Positions 57,084-64,000 of a stretch of 64,000 nt of DNA are shown one piece after another. The notes beneath the pieces were generated by a model that had not been told where the DNA came from, searched no databases, and saw only the letters and a program-made list of their open reading frames with translations. The position numbers and the translations under genes were made by a program. Source of the stretch: Terracidiphilus sp. (GTDB lineage: Bacteria; Acidobacteriota; Terriglobia; Terriglobales; Acidobacteriaceae); assembly GCA_049520855.1 (NCBI GenBank), contig JBEKPI010000001.1:9625-73624 (forward strand). The letters run 5' to 3'. Position 1 is the stretch's first letter. Each line of letters starts with the position of its first letter.

Positions 57084-57099
57084 GGCAACTTTCCGGCCA
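57084..57099 (-). promoter_or_regulatory. Possible sigma54 promoter of the sensor-less bEBP
   Basis: Minus strand TGGCCGGAAAGTTGCC, correct GG-N10-GC spacing. Confidence 0.5.
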
Positions 57100-57245
57100 A
57101 ACTCAAACGGTCGGATAGTAACCAGCGTGATATACTTTAGTAACCTTTTTTCTGCTCAATGGTAATCTAGCGCATGGTTTCAGAGCGCTCTCGATCCGCT
57201 TTTGTTCAAGAGTGTGTAATTTTTTGCGCATCATAGCGAATGAAT

Positions 57246-57263
57246 TACCACTTTTGAGTGGTA
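57246..57263. promoter_or_regulatory. Palindrome between the divergent bEBP genes
   Basis: TACCAC-TTTTGA-GTGGTA. Confidence 0.4.
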
Positions 57264-57432
57264 CTATAAGGAATAGGCAGCATAGTTTTGCATCCCCCGG
57301 GGTCCGCGGAAGTTGTTCTTGACTCCTCTGCAAATCACAGCTTAAGGATAGTCCAAACATCTTCGTCCTGGCCATCAGGAGAGGAATGAAATCCCCCCTT
57401 TGCACGGTTTTGAATGAAGGGAAAAGTCTGCG

Positions 57433-58899
57433 ATGGCGAGCATTTCATTGGGAGCGTCAATGAAGACGAAGAGTAAGCGCAGCCTTCTCATTGCAGCTCT
57501 TGACCCAGATACTGCAATCCTCAATTATCTTCACCGCAGTCTTGCCGACCGTTTCAGCGTGAGCCTGTTTACCGAGGCCGCCGATCTGATACGAAGCCTG
57601 AGAGAATCTCAGGCGCCTGACCTGCTCCTGATGGACTGGCACCTTGCCGAGAATGGTTCCGGAGAGAACTCGCTCGGCATGCTGATGAAACTACGCGCTT
57701 CCAACCCAACGCTTCCGATCATTATGCTTGCCTGTTCAGCCGAGTTGAAGGATGTGGTGACGGCAACGCGCTTGGGCGCCACGGACGTGATTCTCAAGCC
57801 TTTTAGAAAGAGCGACATCGATCAGGCTGTTCAGGAGTGCCTCAAGGATGCGGGCAAGCAGTTGGACGACGACGATGAGATCAAAGAGATCCCCCTTGAT
57901 GAGAACACATCGTTTGTCAGAGCCTGCAAGCGCATGAGCGAGATCGAATCCCAGTGCAGGCTTGTGGCGCGCGCCGATATTCCTGTTCTCATTCTTGGAG
58001 AGAGCGGAACGGGCAAGGAAGTTGCGACCTTGTTCATCCACAAGATGTCGGCCCGCAGCCAGCGCAGCTTCATGAAGGTAAATTGCGCGGCGATGCCTGC
58101 CGATCTGCTGGAAAGCGAGCTTTTTGGCTATGAGCCAGGCGCGTTTACCGGAGCGATCAAATCCAAGCCGGGTAAATTTGAGATTTGCAACAATGGCACA
58201 ATCTTCCTGGATGAGATTGGCGAGATGCCGGCCGTATTGCAGGCAAAGCTGCTCCAGGTTCTCCAGGATGGGAGCTTTTCGAGGCTGGGCAGCCGGACCA
58301 GCGTGAAAGTCGATGTCCGGGTGATTGCCGCAACCAATATCGACATCAAGGCGGCTATTGCGCAAAAGACCTTTAGAGAGGATCTTTATTACCGTCTCAA
58401 TGGCTTCACGCTGAAGATGCCCCCGCTGCGCGAGCGCACCGAGGAGATTCCGATCCTGGCCCGCCACTTTATGCGCAAGGTGGCCGCGAAATACGAGCGC
58501 GATCCCCTGACGATTTCGCCAAAGCTGATGAAGGCTCTCAGCAGCTATTTATGGCCCGGCAATCTTCGCGAATTGGAGAATACGATCAAGCGCTACCTCA
58601 TCTTGACCGACGAACAGGCGATCATAGACGAACTGATTCCCCGGCAAAGCGAGGAGTCGACGGTCTCTGGCGTGGAAGACACAAACGGCAACGGAAGTCT
58701 GAAGCATCTCGTCCGAAACTTGAAGGGCGGCGCTGAGTCTGCCGCCATCGCTAGAACGCTGGAGGCTACTGGATGGAACCGCAAGGCAGCGGCAGGCGAC
58801 CTGCAGATAAGCTACAAAGCGTTGTTGTACAAGATCAAACAGTACAACCTCGCTCCGCCGCAGAAGCAATCCAATTCGATCCCGAGGCGCAACGCATGA
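57433..58899 (+). CDS. sigma54-dependent response regulator (REC-AAA+-HTH, NtrC/PrsR-like)
   Basis: LLLMDWHL receiver Asp, LKPF; GESGTGKE, GAFTGA, FLDEIG, FREDLYYRL, WPGNLREL; HTH ISYKALLYK. Confidence 0.92.
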   Translation: MASISLGASMKTKSKRSLLIAALDPDTAILNYLHRSLADRFSVSLFTEAADLIRSLRESQAPDLLLMDWHLAENGSGENSLGMLMKLRASNPTLPIIMLACSAELKDVVTATRLGATDVILKPFRKSDIDQAVQECLKDAGKQLDDDDEIKEIPLDENTSFVRACKRMSEIESQCRLVARADIPVLILGESGTGKEVATLFIHKMSARSQRSFMKVNCAAMPADLLESELFGYEPGAFTGAIKSKPGKFEICNNGTIFLDEIGEMPAVLQAKLLQVLQDGSFSRLGSRTSVKVDVRVIAATNIDIKAAIAQKTFREDLYYRLNGFTLKMPPLRERTEEIPILARHFMRKVAAKYERDPLTISPKLMKALSSYLWPGNLRELENTIKRYLILTDEQAIIDELIPRQSEESTVSGVEDTNGNGSLKHLVRNLKGGAESAAIARTLEATGWNRKAAAGDLQISYKALLYKIKQYNLAPPQKQSNSIPRRNA

Positions 58900-59378
58900 T
58901 TCCACCCGCGGGTGGCCGCAATTCCTCCAAGTCGGAGAAGGTGGTGATCCAGTTCGGCTCGAGGACGGTCAAGGGGTACCTCGACTCTCCGGTTTGGAAC
59001 ACTGTGGAAGAACTGTTGAGCAACGCTCCGCACAGCGCGCCTGAGATCTTCCGGGTTCGCCTTCTCGATTCGGATACAGTCGAGGATATATTAACCAAAG
59101 ATATCAAGGCGGTCTTCTATGTAAACAGCTTTGAGGGAGACCCTCATCATCAGATTCTCAATTTTCATTCCCGCGCGCCCATCGTGCATGGGATCTGGAT
59201 GCGGGTGCAGTTTCTCGATGGCGAAGTCATGGAGGGAATCGTGTGCAACTCCATCCGCTATCTCGTCGATCCAGGCTTCTTCCTGGTGCCCACCGATCCT
59301 GACAGCAATAACAGGCTTATTTACGTGCTGAAGAGTTGGCTTGCCGATCATCGCGTCCTCGGGATGCGCAAACTCTAG
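58896..59378 (+). CDS. Hypothetical protein (DUF6982-like)
   Basis: VQFLDGEVMEG, GFFLVPTDPDSNN; ATGA overlap with the response regulator. Family label is from recall. Confidence 0.65.
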   Translation: MIPPAGGRNSSKSEKVVIQFGSRTVKGYLDSPVWNTVEELLSNAPHSAPEIFRVRLLDSDTVEDILTKDIKAVFYVNSFEGDPHHQILNFHSRAPIVHGIWMRVQFLDGEVMEGIVCNSIRYLVDPGFFLVPTDPDSNNRLIYVLKSWLADHRVLGMRKL

Positions 59379-59719
59379 TCGCAGACAGCCGCGCTCTCCT
59401 CAAACGAATAATGCAGAATCTCCGCGGCTATCCCCGTCAATTGCCCTGACGCCCTCTCCGTGCGAACTACCCTTCCCTCGCATCGAATAAAACAGCCAGT
59501 TGAAAGAGTAATCTCCGGAGGCAATTCGACAACAAACTCAAAATTGCCGCCGAGAGGGGCGTTGTCGGCCAGGTCAAGATAGAAATACACTCCCCGGTTG
59601 CTCAAGTCCCGAGTAAAGCCTGGAATCTCGCTCTGCCCCTTGATCACAGTAAGAGCCGCGTTAATCCCAAAGCGCTGCCCTACTCGCTGGACGCGTTCCG
59701 ATTGCAGGTTGCGAATCAT
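59375..59719 (-). CDS. Stand-alone PilZ-domain (c-di-GMP-binding) protein
   Basis: RVGQR (RxxxR) and DLSNRG (D/NxSxxG); GGAAGGA Shine-Dalgarno before ATG 59719. Confidence 0.85.
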   Translation of the reverse strand: MIRNLQSERVQRVGQRFGINAALTVIKGQSEIPGFTRDLSNRGVYFYLDLADNAPLGGNFEFVVELPPEITLSTGCFIRCEGRVVRTERASGQLTGIAAEILHYSFEESAAVCD

Positions 59720-59927
59720 GAGGTCCTTCCTTGCGAACGAAAACAGCAAATTGCGCAGATTGCAAGATTGTGCCTCCATGGCGACATGAAAGCGCTGCGC
59801 ATTGCCGGCTCCGCGCCCGCACCTCTCAGACTGCTCGGCAAGAGGCGCAGCACCAGCGAAGCTGTGGTACGAAGGTATCGCAAATTCCGGTTACCGCAGT
59901 CCCGCACCTTCGGTACTTATGTGTTAG

Positions 59928-59943
59928 AGCAATCTCAATGCCG
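59928..59943 (-). promoter_or_regulatory. sigma54 promoter of the PilZ gene
   Basis: Minus strand CGGCATTGAGATTGCT; shares CGGCAY-N3-GATTGCT with the exosortase promoter. Confidence 0.7.
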
Positions 59944-59991
59944 AATGAATTGTCTGTAAATGTTGAGGTTACGGGCTCGCCTCGACGGAAC

Positions 59992-60009
59992 TATGCAATC
60001 AATTGCGCA
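59992..60009. promoter_or_regulatory. Candidate bEBP upstream activating sequence
   Basis: TATGCAA-TCAA-TTGCGCA; 13/18 identical (promoter orientation) to 7995-8012 and also 48 bp from its -24 element. Confidence 0.6.
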
Positions 60010-60104
60010 GTATATGGGAATAAACTGGACACTTTTGCTCGCATTAGGACGCTCCGCCATGGGCAGTAGCCTCTGCGATCCGTGCGATGCACTACGATGT
60101 CTTC

Positions 60105-61043
60105 ATGGCGGTGCTTCTGGAGATTCGCGGCTTGCGGGTTCGCTTTGCAGAGAGAGAGGCCGTGCGCGGCGTAAGCCTGCGGCTCGATGAGGGTGAGGTA
60201 CTGGGCCTGGTGGGCGAGTCGGGGTCGGGCAAGAGTGCTACGGCGCTGGCGATTCTGGGGCTGCTGGGAACGTCGGCTCAGGTTGCGGGGCAGATTTTGT
60301 GGCGAAGGGCCGGGGCGGAGACTTTGGATGAAATTTCCGTAGACAAAATAGCCCACGGCGTCTCCTCGCAAAGCGATGCTCCGCCAAGTGCTCCCCCAGA
60401 CGCTCCCATGGTCGATCTGTTGCGGCAGCCGCCGGGCGCGCTGCGCAGGCTGCGGGGCCGCGAGATCGCAATGATCTTCCAGGAGCCGATGACAGCGCTG
60501 AATCCGGCGATGACGATTGGCCGCCAAGTGGCCGAGAGCGCCGAGGCTCATTTCCCCTCCTGGACTGGCCGGGAGTCCAAGCGGAAAGCCATCGCCGCGT
60601 TGCAGGAGGTCTGCCTGCCCGAGGCTGCGCGTCGCTACGGGGACTATCCGCATCAATTCTCGGGCGGGCAGCGGCAGCGAATTCTGATTGCCATGGCGCT
60701 GATCAACCGGCCGCGGCTGCTGATCGCCGACGAACCTACGACAGCCCTGGATGTGACCGTGCAAGCCCAAGTACTCGAGCTGCTGCGAGAATTGCAGAGG
60801 CAGCACGGGCTGGCGATGCTATTCATTTCACATGATTTGGCGGTGGTGGGTCAGATCGCCAGCCGGGTCGCGGTGATGCGCTCGGGCGAGGTGGTGGAAA
60901 CCGGTCTCTGTGCCCAGTTGTTGACCAAGCCCGGACACGCTTATACGCGCAGTTTGCTGGCGGCAGTGCCGACGCTGCGCACCGATCGGAAGATTCCGCT
61001 GGCGGTGGCGCCGTCTCAGGAGATCGCCCGGAAGAGCCAGTAG
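60105..61043 (+). CDS. Oligo/dipeptide ABC transporter ATP-binding subunit (DppD/OppD-like)
   Basis: GESGSGKS, IFQEPMTALNP, YPHQFSGGQRQR, IADEPTTALD, SHD. Confidence 0.92.
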   Translation: MAVLLEIRGLRVRFAEREAVRGVSLRLDEGEVLGLVGESGSGKSATALAILGLLGTSAQVAGQILWRRAGAETLDEISVDKIAHGVSSQSDAPPSAPPDAPMVDLLRQPPGALRRLRGREIAMIFQEPMTALNPAMTIGRQVAESAEAHFPSWTGRESKRKAIAALQEVCLPEAARRYGDYPHQFSGGQRQRILIAMALINRPRLLIADEPTTALDVTVQAQVLELLRELQRQHGLAMLFISHDLAVVGQIASRVAVMRSGEVVETGLCAQLLTKPGHAYTRSLLAAVPTLRTDRKIPLAVAPSQEIARKSQ

Positions 61044-62659
61044 AGCAAGCCGGAGAGCAGAGCGGCGGCCGGCAGTGTGAAGACCCAGCCGGAGGCGATG
61101 TTGCGAACGGTGGAGAGGCGCAGGCCGCTGCCGTTGGCGGCCATGGTGCCAGCCACGCCGGAGCTGAGAATGTGCGTGGTTGAAACCGGCTGGCCGAAGA
61201 TGTTGGCGGCGAAGATGGTTGCCATGGTTACCAGGCTGGCGCTGGCGCCCTGCGCATAGGTCATGTGCTCCTTGCCTATCTTTTCGCCCACGGTGACGAC
61301 GACGCGCTTCCAGCCCACCATGGTTCCGAGGCCCAGGGCCAGGGCGACCGCAACCTTGACCCAGTCGGGAATGAACCGCGTCGCCTTGTCCACCTTGCTT
61401 TTGTAGTTCCCCAGAGCGGCGCTTTCTTCCTTGTCGAAAACCGGCTGCTTCTTATCTTTCGCCAGGGCGATGTCGTTCTTCTGCAACAGGCGGATGGCTT
61501 CGCCGGCCACGTACATGTCGTTGCGGACATTGGTCTGATCCTGCGCCGGGACGGATTTGAAGACCTTGTAAAGGGCGACTTCGTGGTTGAGATCCTCGAC
61601 CAGTTCCCGTAGAGCAAGGATGGTGTCCGGCTGAAGCTGCTTGGTGCGGATGTAGTCGGTAACATCGGCGCGGGCATCGGAGCCCAGTATCCCCTTCTTG
61701 TCCACGTGCCGGTCGAGGATATGGCCCGCCTGTTCGGAGGCGGCGATAAACTGCTGTATTTCGCTTGCGGTAACCGCATGATTGAGCGCGTAGGCAGTAG
61801 GGACAGTGCCGATCAGGATCAGCATGATCAGGCCCATGCCCTTTTGTCCGTCGTTGGAGCCGTGGAAGAAGCTGACGCCGGTGCAGGTGAGCACCATCAG
61901 CGCGCGGATGGGCCACGGCGGAGGCTGATCGCTCTTGGGCGCTTCGTAGAGAGATGGATACTTGATCGTCCTCTTGGAGAGAATCAGCAGCAGTCCGGCG
62001 CAGGCGAAGCCCAGCACTGGCGAAATCAGCAGCCACTTGAGAACCCTGGCAGCCTGCTCCCAATCCAAGCCCGAGGTTCCGGTGCGGGCGTTCATCAACT
62101 GGTTGGCGATGCCCACGCCGATGATGGAGCCGACCATGGTGTGCGAGCTGGAGGCTGGAAGCCCGAACCACCATGTGCTCAGGTTCCAGGCAATGGCGGC
62201 GATCAGCAGCGCAAAGACCATCGCGAAACCGGCGCCCGAGCTGACCTGAAGTATCAACTCGACCGGCAGCAGCGTAATGACAGCGAAGGCCACCGTGCCG
62301 GAGGAGAGGAGCACCCCGGCCAGGTTGCAAATACCCGACCAGACTACGGCAACGTTTGGCTCCATCGAATGGGTGTAGATGACTGTGGCGACGGCGTTGG
62401 CGGTGTCGTGGAAGCCGTTGACGAACTCGAAGCCAAGCGCGATAAGCAGCGCAAGGCCGAGCAGCAGATAAGGCCAGAAGCTCGTGATTGTGACCGTGTC
62501 GAGGTCCCTGGCTACGTGAAATGCGATGTAGCAGAGCCCGCCGGCAAGGGCAAGCAGAAACATCGCGATGCCTGCGCGGCCAGGCGTCTTCGTCAGCTTG
62601 CCATCGAGCAGGGAGCTGCCTGAAGGCATCGCTTGCACGGTGGTTGCCAGATCGGCCAT
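61016..62659 (-). CDS. pit: Inorganic phosphate transporter (PiT family)
   Basis: NGFHDTANAVAT, HGSNDGQK, PVSTTH. Confidence 0.95.
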   Translation of the reverse strand: MADLATTVQAMPSGSSLLDGKLTKTPGRAGIAMFLLALAGGLCYIAFHVARDLDTVTITSFWPYLLLGLALLIALGFEFVNGFHDTANAVATVIYTHSMEPNVAVVWSGICNLAGVLLSSGTVAFAVITLLPVELILQVSSGAGFAMVFALLIAAIAWNLSTWWFGLPASSSHTMVGSIIGVGIANQLMNARTGTSGLDWEQAARVLKWLLISPVLGFACAGLLLILSKRTIKYPSLYEAPKSDQPPPWPIRALMVLTCTGVSFFHGSNDGQKGMGLIMLILIGTVPTAYALNHAVTASEIQQFIAASEQAGHILDRHVDKKGILGSDARADVTDYIRTKQLQPDTILALRELVEDLNHEVALYKVFKSVPAQDQTNVRNDMYVAGEAIRLLQKNDIALAKDKKQPVFDKEESAALGNYKSKVDKATRFIPDWVKVAVALALGLGTMVGWKRVVVTVGEKIGKEHMTYAQGASASLVTMATIFAANIFGQPVSTTHILSSGVAGTMAANGSGLRLSTVRNIASGWVFTLPAAALLSGLLYWLFRAIS

Positions 62660-63007
62660 CAGATTTCACCAATGCGGCCGGAGAAATTCCGGACACGCCT
62701 GGGCCTCCGAAGTCTAGCCTCGACAGCGAAATTCAATAGCAAATACAAAGGGGATCGCTTGTGGCGGGAGAGAGAAGAGCCGGATAAATGGGCGTCCATA
62801 AAACCCCAACAACCGCATTTTCGCGCAGTTGTTTGTGCCGCCAGGCAAGGCAATTAACCTGACTGAAACAATTCTACACCGACATGGGGGGTTCTTGGGA
62901 AGGGGCAAAGCGAAGGCGGTGGATAACCGCAATCGCCGGCGGGTCAGCAGGGCTGCCGCGCTGTGCTCGAATGTTTGCCAGAAAAGCCAGAGAGCCAGTT
63001 CCGCGCC

Positions 63008-63982
63008 CTACCGCCAGTCATCGCGGGCGTTCGCCAGGCCCTCGTTCATCAGGGCGTCGAATCCGGTGTTTTTCTTGATAAAGATCTCGCTGAATTGGCG
63101 GTCCTGGCGGAGCAGGATGGCCTGCATGCGGACCAGCTCCAGCAGGGCCAGGAACATGGCGATGAGCGCCCGCTCGGAGCGGGTGTGGCTTAACAGGCGG
63201 CGCAGGGCCACCGGCTTGTCTTCCATCGTGAGGCGGCGGGCGAGGAACTGAATCATCTGGCCGACGGTGACCGAGTCTTCGCTTACGTCGAGGACGGGGC
63301 GGGTGCGGGCGCGCTCCAGAATGTCGCGGAAGATGCGGATCAGGTCGTCGGTATCGGCGGCGATCTCCGGCTCCGAGGCGGCATCGTCCTTGAACTCGCG
63401 CACGCCGGGGTTGGTCCAGGTGGCGGCCTCGAGCATCTGCTTCTGTTGCAGCATTTGGGCGGCGTTTTTGAAGCGCTCGTGCTCCAGCAGCCGTTCGACG
63501 AGTTCCCGGCGCGGATCCTCCGCGGCATCTTCAGGACCGGATGCCGCGCGCGGCAGCAGCATCTTGCTCTTGATGTGGATCAGCAGCGAAGCGGTGTAGA
63601 TGAACTCGCCGGCCACGTCCACATCGGTGGCCTTGAGCTGGTTGACATAGGCCAGGAACTGCGCCGTGATCTTGGCGATGGGAATGTCGTAGATGTCGAT
63701 GTCCTGCTTGCGGATCAGGTCCAGCAGCAGGTCGAGCGGGCCATCGTAGACCTGGCCGACCATGACCGAAAAGGGAGATTGCTCGGAGGCGTCGTCGAGT
63801 TGCTTCCGCCGTGCAGCGGCCTGTGCGGCGGCTCGCTCGCCGGCCCTTTCGTCCGCGGTGGGTTGGGCGGTGAGCACCAGAGGGGCTGCGGCAGCGGGGG
63901 CTTGCTCGGGATCTTTCACAGTCTCCGCGGCGACGATTTCCGGATTGGTGGAATGATCACTCAATGCTGTTTCTTCTGTCAC
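63008..63982 (-). CDS. scpA: Segregation and condensation protein A
   Basis: YDGPLDLLLDLIRK, DIPIAKIT, IKSKMLLP, FLALLEL. Confidence 0.95.
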   Translation of the reverse strand: MTEETALSDHSTNPEIVAAETVKDPEQAPAAAAPLVLTAQPTADERAGERAAAQAAARRKQLDDASEQSPFSVMVGQVYDGPLDLLLDLIRKQDIDIYDIPIAKITAQFLAYVNQLKATDVDVAGEFIYTASLLIHIKSKMLLPRAASGPEDAAEDPRRELVERLLEHERFKNAAQMLQQKQMLEAATWTNPGVREFKDDAASEPEIAADTDDLIRIFRDILERARTRPVLDVSEDSVTVGQMIQFLARRLTMEDKPVALRRLLSHTRSERALIAMFLALLELVRMQAILLRQDRQFSEIFIKKNTGFDALMNEGLANARDDWR

Positions 63983-64000
63983 TTCAGCGGTTCATAGTTG

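Overview
Bacterial chromosome segment. GC-rich DNA, gene content and gene order suggest Acidobacteriota (Acidobacteriaceae-like); this is an inference, not a database match. 1-18 kb is housekeeping plus defence: a BsuBI/PstI-like type II restriction-modification pair next to a type ISP remnant, recA, vapBC, a PEP-CTERM surface-protein gene, pcrA/uvrD, LOG, a Fic/antitoxin pair and trpC-trpF. About 18-60 kb is a large Wzx/Wzy exopolysaccharide locus with an exosortase/EpsI/TPR (PEP-CTERM) module, many glycosyltransferases, tailoring enzymes, three sigma54 enhancer-binding-protein (bEBP) paralogues and a PilZ protein. 60-64 kb holds a dppD-like ATPase, pit and scpA. Most notable: (1) a candidate sigma54 regulon. 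A palindrome TRYGCAA-N4-TTGCRYA lies exactly 48 bp upstream of -24/-12 promoters at two loci 52 kb apart. The three bEBPs have near-identical recognition helices: one with a receiver domain, one with no sensor, one that looks catalytically dead. (2) A flippase fused to a ParB/Srx-like domain and a methyltransferase. (3) An ATP-grasp enzyme fused to a low-molecular-weight tyrosine phosphatase. (4) A 73-bp direct repeat at the trpF 3' end flanking two glycosyltransferases and an eroded deacetylase gene. No rRNA, tRNA, CRISPR array or transposase was found. All family assignments come from reading motifs by eye; no searches were run.
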